From: a virus
DNA: 64,000 nt
Reading direction: 5' to 3' (one strand)
Virus record (IMG/VR): IMGVR_UViG_3300045988_175441
Location: 1-64,000 of that record
The number at the start of each line of letters is the position of its first letter. The stretch's first letter is position 1. The notes below the pieces were generated by a model. It was not told the origin of the DNA and made no database searches. It worked only from the letters and a program-made list of their open reading frames with translations. Shown here piece after piece: positions 1 to 8,050 of this stretch. The position numbers and the translations under genes were made by a program.

Positions 1-111
1 CATAGAAAAGAAAAGGGATATGGTAAACATAAATTAAGGCATTTCCTTTTGCAGTGAGTGGGGTTGCGCCGTCCGTCTGCCCCCTTGCTTGCCCCTCAGA
101 TTTTTATTTTT

Positions 112-158
112 GGCTCTAGCAGAATTTTTCTGAATTTCTGCGCTAGAGCTATTTTTTT
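112..158 (+). terminator. intrinsic terminator-like hairpin
   Basis: GCTCTAGC (113-120) pairs with GCTAGAGC (142-149), with an imperfect inner stem, followed by a T-run at 152-158. It would end a + strand transcript entering from the left edge. Confidence 0.5.
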
Positions 159-249
159 CTTCTCGGCTTGCCCTCGCTTTCACGGATTTTCTGCAAGACT
201 TTCTGAAATATCTGAACCATTCTCTTTCAGCAGTTCGCTACCTTGCTCT

Positions 250-441
250 CTCGCATTTTTTTGTGTCAGCTTGCTATATTTTGGTGTATCTTTACTCATT
301 TTCTGTGTATGTTTATTATCTTTTTGTGTCGGTGTATTATCTTTTTATACCGTTGTCTTTCCTCGTTTTCCCTTTTGTAATATCTCGCTTATCTCTTTGT
401 GTATAACGATTATCTTTTTGTGTAATGTGATTATTTTTAAG
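250..441 (+). repeat. orphan array of ~9 phased (~21 bp) degenerate direct repeats of the operator motif GATTATYTTTTTGTGT
   Basis: Units end in TGTGT(A/C) at 268, 289, 310, 330, 403 and 424. Best copies are 313-330 and 408-423. No conserved promoter is adjacent. The array sits between two + strand hairpin terminators. Confidence 0.7.
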
Positions 442-461
442 AGGGGTTGCCCCCTCTTTTT
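440..461 (+). terminator. intrinsic terminator-like hairpin
   Basis: AGAGGGG (440-446) / CCCCTCT (451-457) with loop TTGC, followed by TTTTT. The T-run is present only on the + strand. Confidence 0.55.
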
Positions 462-475
462 ATGTTGCTTTCGAT

Positions 476-811
476 CTAGTCTGTTACTGTTTGATAGTAG
501 CTAAGTGCTTCCTCGTTGTCTTTGAAATGCTCATAGATAAAGTTGTCAATTTCAATCCATAAGTCAGAATATAAGCCACAAAGAACTTGGTTCTTTTCGT
601 TGTGTTGCCAACTCTTGTGATTAAGTACCATAGCAAATTCTGTCATGTACTCAATATTATCTTTCCATTCATCTTTTGCTCGGTTGTAGGTGTCCTTAAC
701 TCCCTCAACTCCGAACATATCAGCAATGCTAAAGTCAGACCAGAAGGTTGTTTTAGGCTCATAGCCAATCATTTCAAAGATAGGGTTTGTATATCCTGTA
801 GTCAGGTTCAT
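476..811 (-). CDS. hypothetical protein (111 aa)
   Basis: Intact ORF. The ATG is preceded by AAAGGAGAACGCAAC. No domain recognised. Confidence 0.65.
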   Translation of the reverse strand: MNLTTGYTNPIFEMIGYEPKTTFWSDFSIADMFGVEGVKDTYNRAKDEWKDNIEYMTEFAMVLNHKSWQHNEKNQVLCGLYSDLWIEIDNFIYEHFKDNEEALSYYQTVTD

Positions 812-855
812 GTTGCGTTCTCCTTTAATTCTAAGGGGCTTATAGCCCCTCTTTT

Positions 856-1278
856 TTAGTAGTCAATTTCTGTATAGGTCAAGTTGTACTTCGCTACAAT
901 TTCATCTAGGATTTTGTTCATATCATCCTTAACTCGTTTGATAACTTCTTCCAACTTTTCAACCGTTGTATCTAACCACTCTTCAACGTTTGTTACTTCC
1001 AACTCTGCGATAGCTGAATCAATAGTGTCTCTGTCAATCGAAAGTCCACATAAGCTAATAAAGGTTGCGTTTGGTTCGCATGAACCCTCATGAGCGATAT
1101 GGTATGTTTCTTCATAGTCCTTCATGTAGGCTTCGTCAATACGTTCTGCCACAAGCTCCCAGAACTCATTCATCATTTCTTCTGTAGCACCATAGTTCTC
1201 ACTAAGTGACTGTCCGTGCCACATATAGTTATCTTCTGAACATTGCTCTACACGTTTCATTAAGGCTTTTATTGACAT
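856..1278 (-). CDS. hypothetical acidic protein (140 aa)
   Basis: The ORF-track start at 1326 reads through the -10 box (GTG TAT AAT ATA AAC = MYNIN). Trimmed to the ATG at 1278, which is preceded by CAGGAGAAAAAACCT. The product is rich in D/E. Confidence 0.65.
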   Translation of the reverse strand: MSIKALMKRVEQCSEDNYMWHGQSLSENYGATEEMMNEFWELVAERIDEAYMKDYEETYHIAHEGSCEPNATFISLCGLSIDRDTIDSAIAELEVTNVEEWLDTTVEKLEEVIKRVKDDMNKILDEIVAKYNLTYTEIDY

Positions 1279-1307
1279 AGGTTTTTTCTCCTGTTTTCTT
1301 AACTTCT

Positions 1308-1391
1308 TTATGTTTATATTATACACTCTTTTTTAAATTTTGTCAACTACTTTTGCAACTTTTTTATGTTTTTTGATTATTTTTTTGTGTT
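1308..1391 (-). promoter_or_regulatory. class-1 promoter module with upstream operator repeats
   Basis: -35 TTGACA (rc 1341-1346), 17-nt spacer, -10 TATAAT (rc 1318-1323). Conserved core is AAAAAGAGTGTATAATATAAACATAAA. Operator copies at 1375-1391 and a degenerate one at 1355-1370. Confidence 0.8.
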
Positions 1392-1459
1392 ATGTTTAAT
1401 AAGTGGCACGAAAAAGAGCCTACTCCTGCAAGCTCTTACTTATAGTCTAGCACCCTATA

Positions 1460-2020
1460 TCAACGTTTGTTTATAAACATCACACGTCCATTTTTATTAG
1501 TCAGTTTATAGCTGTATCGTAGCGATTCAACTACAATGTCTTTTTTAAAGCCTTTGTAGTTGGTTTTCGCAACCTTAAAGGTATTGACAATATGTTGTAT
1601 AGCCCACTCACGATACTCTTTACGTTGTTTGCGTTTCTCGTAAAGTTCAAGAGCTTCTTCTTCGGTTGAAAAAGTAAAATACTTATAAGGTTCATACTCT
1701 CCACCGTATGCAAAGATATAGCTATAGTAAATGTAAGGTTCTGATAGAAGATTATTTACTTCTTCCAAGCTCCACCAAGAATATTTAACTTTTTCTGTTA
1801 ATGTTAGAGTATGTTTTCCTGTGCTTTGATTGATACTTTCATACCAAAAGCCCAACTCATATCTTTTCCCATCTTTTTCCAAATCAATTTTCGCATAGTC
1901 GTCTTTATTTTTATCCAGTGATCCATTTTCTCTTGCTACTACAAATGTGTAGCCATCTAGTAGTAGTTTTGCTAACTGTTCTGAGTAAGCCTTGTTAATC
2001 TCTGTTCCTGTAAGTTTCAT
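1460..2020 (-). CDS. hypothetical protein (186 aa)
   Basis: Intact ORF. The ATG is preceded by AAAGGAGAATCGCAAC. No domain recognised. Confidence 0.65.
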   Translation of the reverse strand: MKLTGTEINKAYSEQLAKLLLDGYTFVVARENGSLDKNKDDYAKIDLEKDGKRYELGFWYESINQSTGKHTLTLTEKVKYSWWSLEEVNNLLSEPYIYYSYIFAYGGEYEPYKYFTFSTEEEALELYEKRKQRKEYREWAIQHIVNTFKVAKTNYKGFKKDIVVESLRYSYKLTNKNGRVMFINKR

Positions 2021-2035
2021 GTTGCGATTCTCCTT

Positions 2036-2347
2036 TTAAATAATTCCTAGTTGTTGAAAGATTAGTTTTGCTTCGCCAATCGTATTCTGGTTTTCAACTA
2101 CCTTTCTAATTTCTTGCAAGCGATAAAGATTTACTACTAGCGTCTCTTTAAGAGCAGTCAGTTTTTCTTCGCTCGCATTCTGGGAAATATACCACTTAAT
2201 CATAGCTGTTACACTATCACGGAAGCCTTTTTCATTTTCTTTAGCTTCTTCAATACGCATAGCTCCAAGATTATCCATGTATTCATGTAGCTGTTTCTTC
2301 ATTTCATCTGCGTAGCCTTGTATTTCTACTGGTAGTGTTGCGTTCAT
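2036..2347 (-). CDS. hypothetical protein (103 aa)
   Basis: Intact ORF. The ATG is preceded by AAAAAGGAGAATCGCAATC. Predicted helical. Confidence 0.65.
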   Translation of the reverse strand: MNATLPVEIQGYADEMKKQLHEYMDNLGAMRIEEAKENEKGFRDSVTAMIKWYISQNASEEKLTALKETLVVNLYRLQEIRKVVENQNTIGEAKLIFQQLGII

Positions 2348-2396
2348 GATTGCGATTCTCCTTTTTATAGGGCGTTGCGTACCCTTTAATTATCTT

Positions 2397-2489
2397 TATG
2401 ATTATATTATACACTCTTTTTTAATCTTTGTCAACATTTTTTATAATATTTTGATTATTTTTTTGTGTTGCGCGTGATTTTTTATAGTG
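2397..2489 (-). promoter_or_regulatory. class-1 promoter module with upstream operator repeats
   Basis: -35 rc at 2429-2434, 17-nt spacer, -10 rc at 2406-2411. Operator GATTATTTTTTTGTGTT at 2453-2469 plus a partial copy at 2471-2489. Confidence 0.8.
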
Positions 2490-2537
2490 AAATTAAAAAC
2501 AACCCTAAAATTATTGCGTTTTAGAGTGTTCCATAGT

Positions 2538-2768
2538 TCAATTTTCTGTCAGGATATTCAAGACTTCTTCTAAAATACCCTCTTGTTCAGCAGTTTCAGG
2601 ATAAATCTCCCAACCTCTGTCATAGGAGACGATTGTTTCTTCTCCGATAGATATATCTAGGTTGTAAACACGCCCTCTATCAATTCCATCTGGGGAAGGT
2701 TCATCACTTACCTTGGCTAAGTAGTCAACCTTTTGCCCTTTGTACGTCAGTTTCCCTTTATTCCACAT
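2538..2768 (-). CDS. hypothetical protein (76 aa)
   Basis: Intact ORF. The ATG is preceded by AGAAAGAGAGGTTTGCT. Confidence 0.55.
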   Translation of the reverse strand: MWNKGKLTYKGQKVDYLAKVSDEPSPDGIDRGRVYNLDISIGEETIVSYDRGWEIYPETAEQEGILEEVLNILTEN

Positions 2769-2930
2769 AGCAAACCTCTCTTTCTGCTTATTCCGTCCTT
2801 ATTTTCCTCTTTTTTGCCCCCTGTCACGTTTTTAGAAGCTCCACCTAGATTTATGCCACTTTGACTTAAAACGGCTTATACGCCCTTATATGAGCTTTTA
2901 GAATATCAAAGGAAAGACTAACTTTTGTAG
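2769..2930 (-). repeat. dispersed non-coding repeat family, copy B
   Basis: Shares blocks (TTTTAAGGGCGT, GGCATAAAT, GGACGG, GAGAGG) with copies at 8051-8212, 25529-25600 and 62169-62340 (inverted). Confidence 0.6.
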
Positions 2931-3596
2931 CTAGTCTTTCTCTAATTCTTCTAAACGTTCTTCAAAAGAACTTTCGATCTCTTCCCAAGCTCGGTCAGTA
3001 TAGGCAATAATACCACTAAAACAGTTATAAAAGTCTAACAGCTCCACTTTAGGAACTAAAGGCTCGTTTATACTATTTCTAGTAAAGGACGCAACTGTTC
3101 TACAGGATTCATCAAACATACTGACAAATTCTACAACGAATACATCATTTTCAAGAACGAAAGAAACATATAAACCTTCGATTACATCATCTGCGCTGTT
3201 AATTCTTGCTACCTTTCTTTCTCGCATGAATTTCTCAGCACTATAGAAGATAGCATACAAACGCTCTAATGCAGTAGTTGTTTTCTTAGCGATTCCCTGC
3301 AACCAATAATCAAGCTCCTCTTTGTCATTGTCGTTCCTGATAGTGGTATTCAGCCTATAACCTTTGCTCCCATCTGAAAATTCACGGACATAGCCATAGT
3401 CAAGATAGTTGGCTCTTTCTAGTCTGCTTTCCTTAAATTCAAAGCTATCTAAAATCCACCTATCTTTTTCTTTGTCGCTCCAAGTATAGAAAGACGGATA
3501 TTCTGCCTTGATATAGTCCATCAGGTTTTCCCAATGCCCCCCAAGATCAATATCAATACGCTTGTCTTTCAGCTTGTCAATGATATACTTACCCAA
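2931..3596 (-). CDS. hypothetical protein (221 aa)
   Basis: Intact ORF with a TTG start preceded by GAAAGGGGATATT. Confidence 0.6.
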   Translation of the reverse strand: MGKYIIDKLKDKRIDIDLGGHWENLMDYIKAEYPSFYTWSDKEKDRWILDSFEFKESRLERANYLDYGYVREFSDGSKGYRLNTTIRNDNDKEELDYWLQGIAKKTTTALERLYAIFYSAEKFMRERKVARINSADDVIEGLYVSFVLENDVFVVEFVSMFDESCRTVASFTRNSINEPLVPKVELLDFYNCFSGIIAYTDRAWEEIESSFEERLEELEKD

Positions 3597-3615
3597 AATA
3601 TCCCCTTTCTACTAC

Positions 3616-3918
3616 TTAGCCTTTTACTAATTTTTCAATCGCTTCCCAATCTTCTTCCTTCGTAGCCATCTTAGCAACGTTAATCAAGAGCTTTTTAGCT
3701 TCTTCTGAAAGTTCTTTAGCGCTCGAATTGTTTTGATTGGTTGCAACTTGTTCCATCTGCAACTGAAAGAAAAAGATTTTTGCAACTAGGTCTGACACAA
3801 ACTCATTCAGTTCTTTCAGCTTTTGGACTGCTTCGTTGTCATGGTCTGTTTCTCCATGCCATGAAATACCTTGTAGTAAGTCCTCTGGTGTAATGTTCTG
3901 TTTGATTTTAAATTCCAT
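3616..3918 (-). CDS. hypothetical protein (100 aa)
   Basis: Intact ORF. The ATG is preceded by CAGGAGAAACAAA. Confidence 0.6.
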   Translation of the reverse strand: MEFKIKQNITPEDLLQGISWHGETDHDNEAVQKLKELNEFVSDLVAKIFFFQLQMEQVATNQNNSSAKELSEEAKKLLINVAKMATKEEDWEAIEKLVKG

Positions 3919-3980
3919 TTTGTTTCTCCTGTTCTTCTAAGAAGGTTATATCAAAGAGTGGAAGCCCACTTCCCAAGACT

Positions 3981-4304
3981 TCATTTTTTAACAATTTTTC
4001 CATTTTCTAAGATACTATCAATGAACCAATCATATCCCATGAACCCTTCTGAAAGTTTCATAATCCCTTCAAAGTCTTTTTTGTTGCCTACAGTCATTGT
4101 TACATTAGCAACCCAACCGTCTCCAAAATCGTAAGTAAATGTTTTTTTTGCCCCTCTATGTAGGTCAAATCCAAGTTCTGTCAACCTTTCTCTTTTTTTA
4201 GTAGTTAGGAACACTTCCTTAGCAAATACCTTGCCTTCCCCAGACCACTTTTTATCCCATGTGTTAATTTTACTGTGTCCGTACTCAAATAATAATACTG
4301 TCAT
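3981..4304 (-). CDS. small protein with YDFGDGW motif (pRiA4b ORF3 / MM3350-like fold candidate)
   Basis: FTYDFGDGWVANV resembles the YDFGDxW signature of that family as I recall it. RBS is GAAAGAAGG. Confidence 0.45.
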   Translation of the reverse strand: MTVLLFEYGHSKINTWDKKWSGEGKVFAKEVFLTTKKRERLTELGFDLHRGAKKTFTYDFGDGWVANVTMTVGNKKDFEGIMKLSEGFMGYDWFIDSILENGKIVKK

Positions 4305-4324
4305 ATTCTGTACCTTCTTTCTAC

Positions 4325-4564
4325 CTATTCTTCTGCAAACCCATAATCTCTGATTTCTTCTTCATCTTCGATAGAGGTATAACGCTTGTTTGTCGTTTCG
4401 TGCTTAGTATTGATAATGTTATCCCAATTATCTTCATCATTCAACTTTTTGATCGTGTATAAGCTGTAAATATCAAGCCCTTTATTCAAGCGTTTAATTT
4501 TTGCCAGAACATATTCTTCTACGATAGCAAAGTGTAGGTGGTTTTCGATTAAGTAGTAGTCCAT
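4325..4564 (-). CDS. hypothetical protein (79 aa)
   Basis: Intact ORF. The ATG is preceded by AACGGAGTTTTAAAC. Confidence 0.55.
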   Translation of the reverse strand: MDYYLIENHLHFAIVEEYVLAKIKRLNKGLDIYSLYTIKKLNDEDNWDNIINTKHETTNKRYTSIEDEEEIRDYGFAEE

Positions 4565-4585
4565 GTTTAAAACTCCGTTTTCTTA

Positions 4586-4676
4586 TTTATGTTTATATTA
4601 TACACCCTTTTATAATCGCTGTCAACTAATTTGCGTTATTTTTTCGTGTTTTTTTATTATTTTTTTATGTTGTGTT
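4586..4676 (-). promoter_or_regulatory. class-1 promoter module with upstream operator repeats
   Basis: -35 rc at 4620-4625, 17-nt spacer, -10 rc at 4597-4602. Operator-like copies at 4633-4650 and 4654-4676. Confidence 0.8.
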
Positions 4677-4712
4677 TTGAAGTGATAAGAAAAAGCCTAT
4701 CATTTAGGCTTT

Positions 4713-4955
4713 CTATTGGAAGCTAACGCTCCCATCTTCATTGCAGACAATCGTTTTGATTGTCATGTAGTTAAATTGCTGTTGTAACGCCTGCTCGATA
4801 AGGTTATCAATCTCTGGATCATTTTCATCATACCAGTCTTTTTTGTTCTCCAAAAGCCACGTTTCAGCTTGTTCTTCTGTCATGGTTATTTCCTGACGCT
4901 CGTAGCTAGAGGTTGAGCGCCAAGCGTCATGATAGTAGATTTCATACAAGGTCAT
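4713..4955 (-). CDS. hypothetical acidic protein (80 aa)
   Basis: Intact ORF. The ATG is preceded by AAAAAGGAAGAATAGT. Confidence 0.6.
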   Translation of the reverse strand: MTLYEIYYHDAWRSTSSYERQEITMTEEQAETWLLENKKDWYDENDPEIDNLIEQALQQQFNYMTIKTIVCNEDGSVSFQ

Positions 4956-4993
4956 ACTATTCTTCCTTTTTAAAACAAGGGTAGAAGATGGTT

Positions 4994-5506
4994 TTAAACC
5001 ACCTCTACCTCTTTCACGTTGTGTTGTTCAATAAAGCTCTTATAACATGCCTTGATTGTGTCAACGTCCGACTTATAAAGTTTTGACGGTTTTACACCGT
5101 AGCTTTTTGGAAAAAGCCTTACACCATACTTAGTAGTTTTCAAGGTTGAACCGTCATCTGTCATCATCACAAACTGCTTAACCTTTACTTTCTTTTCCCC
5201 TGTAAGGATTTTCCGTACTTCTTCTGTGTCTTTTGCCATGTAGTTTTCAATTAGGTCATGTTCTTCCAAGTATTGAATCCGTTTATACAACGTCAATGCG
5301 CGTGAAATTCTAGTACAACCGTCATAGTGTCCTGAGACAAGTCCTAGCAGAAAGTCCTCTAGCTTTTCCTTGCTTTCAAATTCCCTCTCAACTTCATTTA
5401 CAATGATACGATCTCGCCAGTCTCTCACATTTCTTGATGAATAAGCGTACTTGACTTTAAGTTCCTTTAGATTGACTGTGAGTTTTTTCAATGTTTCGTA
5501 TGACAT
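4994..5506 (-). CDS. hypothetical protein (170 aa)
   Basis: Intact ORF. The ATG is preceded by AAAAGGAGAATCGCAAA and a leader hairpin. Confidence 0.65.
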   Translation of the reverse strand: MSYETLKKLTVNLKELKVKYAYSSRNVRDWRDRIIVNEVEREFESKEKLEDFLLGLVSGHYDGCTRISRALTLYKRIQYLEEHDLIENYMAKDTEEVRKILTGEKKVKVKQFVMMTDDGSTLKTTKYGVRLFPKSYGVKPSKLYKSDVDTIKACYKSFIEQHNVKEVEVV

Positions 5507-5552
5507 TTTGCGATTCTCCTTTTGGGGTTGTTGCGTTTACCCCTTGTTTTAC

Positions 5553-5638
5553 TTTATGATTATATTATACACTCTTTCTAGGAAATTGTCAATATTTTAT
5601 CTCATTTTTCAGTGTTTCTGTATTATATTTTTGTGTTC
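5553..5638 (-). promoter_or_regulatory. class-1 promoter module with upstream operator repeats
   Basis: -35 rc at 5587-5592, 17-nt spacer, -10 rc at 5564-5569. Operator-like copies at 5597-5616 and 5620-5638. Confidence 0.8.
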
Positions 5639-5682
5639 TGTTGTGAGTTAAGGGCAATAAAAAAGAGTAGTTGCCTACCCTT

Positions 5683-5904
5683 TTACAGTTTACGGTCTGC
5701 TAGTCTCCCAAAATCTTCAACTAGCTTTACATTGTTTTTGTTTAGGTCTCTGTGGACTTCTAAGCGTGATAGAACTTCCACGCTCCCTGTCACGATCCAA
5801 AGCATAACCGATAGCACAACACTCCCTGTAGCAAGATACAAGGCTAGAGAAGGGAGCAAGCTCCAAATAAACAGCTTAATGATAAACACAATGATTCTCA
5901 GCAT
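5683..5904 (-). CDS. small two-TM membrane protein (73 aa), tandem paralog of 5909-6133
   Basis: Trimmed to MLRIIVF, whose ATG follows AAAGGAG. KLFIWSLLPSLALY...VLSVMLWIV aligns with KIIIWSLFPPTLLY...TLSVGLWFL of the upstream gene. Confidence 0.6.
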   Translation of the reverse strand: MLRIIVFIIKLFIWSLLPSLALYLATGSVVLSVMLWIVTGSVEVLSRLEVHRDLNKNNVKLVEDFGRLADRKL

Positions 5905-5908
5905 ACCT

Positions 5909-6133
5909 TTACTCCTTTTCTCCGAACGCTTCCACGGTAAAATCCTGAAAGTCTTGCTCATGGACTGGTTCAGCAAAAGCAATTTCAGACAACAGCTCAA
6001 CAACTGCAATTAAAAACCATAAGCCAACTGAAAGCGTCATATTCCTTGTAACTGCATACAGGAGCGTTGGTGGAAACAAGCTCCAAATGATGATTTTTAC
6101 TGCCAATGCAACGATTTTAACATTTTCTAACAT
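5909..6133 (-). CDS. small two-TM membrane protein (74 aa)
   Basis: Two hydrophobic segments. RBS is AAGGGGGAAAATA. TAATG overlap with the upstream gene. Confidence 0.6.
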   Translation of the reverse strand: MLENVKIVALAVKIIIWSLFPPTLLYAVTRNMTLSVGLWFLIAVVELLSEIAFAEPVHEQDFQDFTVEAFGEKE

Positions 6134-6321
6134 TATTTTCCCCCTTTTCTAGCTTCTTCTAAATAGTATAGGTACGTTGCGTTCCCTTGGTGTCGGTTGA
6201 TTTCCTTTTCTACTGAAAAAGAAACAGTCTCAACTAAAGATTTTAACCCAAGGTAGTTTTTCAAAGCAAGAAGATGATTGTATTCATCTTGCGTGAGTGT
6301 TATCCTTACAGATTTTTTCAT
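6133..6321 (-). CDS. ribbon-helix-helix-like small DNA-binding protein candidate (62 aa)
   Basis: N-terminal VRITLTQDEYNHLLALK fits a beta-strand/helix pattern of the CopG/Arc type. ATGA overlap with the upstream gene. Confidence 0.45.
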   Translation of the reverse strand: MKKSVRITLTQDEYNHLLALKNYLGLKSLVETVSFSVEKEINRHQGNATYLYYLEEARKGGK

Positions 6322-6602
6322 TCTTTCTGTCCTTTCTGTAATGCAGGTGGTAGCTCTTTTTTTACCTCACTCATAACACCGTCTTGATCTGTTGGCAAAG
6401 TAGCAAAAATTTTCTTCTCTAATAGCCCTGCTTCAACAAAAATCATTTCCTTAAACACAGCTTCGCAGATAGCAATTACTCTCTGCTCGAACAAATATGC
6501 GTCAAGGTCGTCTCCATTATCCAAGTTTTCTATATCTTCATTCGCCAAGTCACAAGCCTTGTCATATAGATTTTCTGCAAACTTTCGTCTTAATTCTTCC
6601 AT
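6318..6602 (-). CDS. hypothetical acidic protein (94 aa)
   Basis: Intact ORF. The ATG is preceded by AAAGGAGCAAAACCA. Confidence 0.6.
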   Translation of the reverse strand: MEELRRKFAENLYDKACDLANEDIENLDNGDDLDAYLFEQRVIAICEAVFKEMIFVEAGLLEKKIFATLPTDQDGVMSEVKKELPPALQKGQKE

Positions 6603-6626
6603 TGGTTTTGCTCCTTTATAATTATC

Positions 6627-6995
6627 TTATTCATATTTTGATAACTCTTGCTTAATAACCTTTAAATCAATAAAAGTCATTTTGTTTAAAATACCTGAAT
6701 CGACTTTATCGGTTATTTCTTTAATGAGTTTTTGTTTTTCAACATTACTAACGTATTCTTGAATTGCTTGCTCCGTTGCTTGTTCTAGTTTTGTACTACG
6801 ATAGTTTTCATAAATACTACCTGATGGTGGGAACTGCTGTCCTTTCACATTCAAACGCCCTGTTGGTGTAATCTTTTCAATTACAGCAAGTGTTTTCACA
6901 CTACCTAAGACACCTTTTGAACTAACGATAAATACTTTATCGCCAACTTTTAGGTCTTTTAGCCAACCTTTTCTCTGGTCTTTTGATTCTGTCAT
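6627..6995 (-). CDS. hypothetical protein (122 aa)
   Basis: Intact ORF. The ATG is preceded by AAAAGGAGTAGAAACA. Confidence 0.6.
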   Translation of the reverse strand: MTESKDQRKGWLKDLKVGDKVFIVSSKGVLGSVKTLAVIEKITPTGRLNVKGQQFPPSGSIYENYRSTKLEQATEQAIQEYVSNVEKQKLIKEITDKVDSGILNKMTFIDLKVIKQELSKYE

Positions 6996-7009
6996 TGTTT
7001 CTACTCCTT

Positions 7010-7741
7010 TTACTTTCCTAAGTTGCGAACACGTTTTCTGTACGCCTTTTCTTTTTCTTTATATTCTTCCCAATCAACCTTTTTACTTGAACCATAATAA
7101 GAAACACGTTCTCCCTTCCAAGGTTTTAGCTCAAAAATATCTCCATAACCAACAAATGTAATTATTTCTGATTCAAAATTTTCAAGTTCCTCTTTTTTGA
7201 GTTTCATGCTATGCAAACCAGAATAATCATCTGGTCGTGGAACAAGAAAATCATCAATCACATATCTTTCTAGCTCTTTTTTATCTTTAAAGAAATACTC
7301 ACTACGCACACCCCTATACTCGATAGTTCTCTTGTTTACCTTGTAAATTTGCAAATAATAAAAGTGTCCATATCCAGATTGACTAATTCGATGACCGTAT
7401 AAATACATCGGATAACCCTCTGCACTTTTCAACTCATAAAGATTCTCAACCTTTTCATCATCTGCAAATACAAAACTGACTTCCAATCGCCCTTGAATAT
7501 CATAATTTGAAAGCAAGCTCTCAATTTCCAAGTAGAAAGAGTAGCTACCAAGTTCAAGAACCCTTGGTATATCGAAAAAGTGCCAAGCGCGTGTAGGCAT
7601 TTTTACTGCTTCTTTCCCTTCCATAACTTGCTCTTGTCTTGTTTCTTGCAAGAATTTTCTATCTGCTTCTGTCAGCTTGATACCTAAGTCACGTTCAAGT
7701 TCATCAATACCTAAGTTCCCAAATTTTACTTCTACTGCCAT
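7010..7741 (-). CDS. hypothetical protein (243 aa)
   Basis: Trimmed to MAVEVKF. Its ATG overlaps the stop of the upstream 61-aa gene (TAATG) and follows GGGAGAAAGAT. Confidence 0.6.
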   Translation of the reverse strand: MAVEVKFGNLGIDELERDLGIKLTEADRKFLQETRQEQVMEGKEAVKMPTRAWHFFDIPRVLELGSYSFYLEIESLLSNYDIQGRLEVSFVFADDEKVENLYELKSAEGYPMYLYGHRISQSGYGHFYYLQIYKVNKRTIEYRGVRSEYFFKDKKELERYVIDDFLVPRPDDYSGLHSMKLKKEELENFESEIITFVGYGDIFELKPWKGERVSYYGSSKKVDWEEYKEKEKAYRKRVRNLGK

Positions 7742-7926
7742 TATCTTTCTCCCTTTTCTCTCCAACTCATAAACCGTCCAATTCCGAATGATACCCAAAA
7801 AGCAAACATAGATATTCTAGGACTTTGTGTAATCATATATACTACACCAAAAGCAACCATAGGAAGGATTGAAGCCAAACTCATATAACGGAAAACTCCC
7901 CAAGCTCCTTTTAACACTTTAAACAT
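7741..7926 (-). CDS. small membrane protein (61 aa)
   Basis: Two hydrophobic segments. The ATG is preceded by CAGGAGAAAGAAAA. First gene after a class-1 promoter. Confidence 0.55.
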   Translation of the reverse strand: MFKVLKGAWGVFRYMSLASILPMVAFGVVYMITQSPRISMFAFWVSFGIGRFMSWREKGER

Positions 7927-7946
7927 TTTTCTTTCTCCTGTTCTTG

Positions 7947-8050
7947 TTTATGGTTATATTATACACCTCTTTTTATTTCTTGTCAACACTTTTTATTATT
8001 TTTTTGTGTTTTTTAATTATATTATTGTGTTGCGCGTGATTTTTGCTGTT
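7947..8050 (-). promoter_or_regulatory. class-1 promoter module with three upstream operator repeats
   Basis: -35 rc at 7981-7986, 17-nt spacer, -10 rc at 7958-7963. Operator copies at 7993-8010, 8014-8032 and 8033-8050, about 21 bp apart. Confidence 0.8.

Noticed and set aside
58-504. 148-aa ORF rich in Phe, Leu, Ser and Cys.
   Set aside because: It has a GTG start without an SD, a low-complexity translation of a T-rich repeat array, and two terminator hairpins inside it. It is treated as non-coding.
1279-1326. N-terminal extensions MYNINIKK... (1326) and MYNINMGK... (52527) in the ORF track.
   Set aside because: They arise from reading the conserved promoter core GTG TAT AAT ATA AAC as codons. 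The real starts are the downstream ATGs (1278 with an SD; 52542 as a leaderless candidate).
5683-6321. RHH-like protein followed by two small TM peptides, considered as a toxin-antitoxin or holin-like module.
   Set aside because: This rests only on gene order and hydrophobicity. The genes are internal to a seven-gene operon and show no recognisable toxin family, so they are recorded as a feature only.
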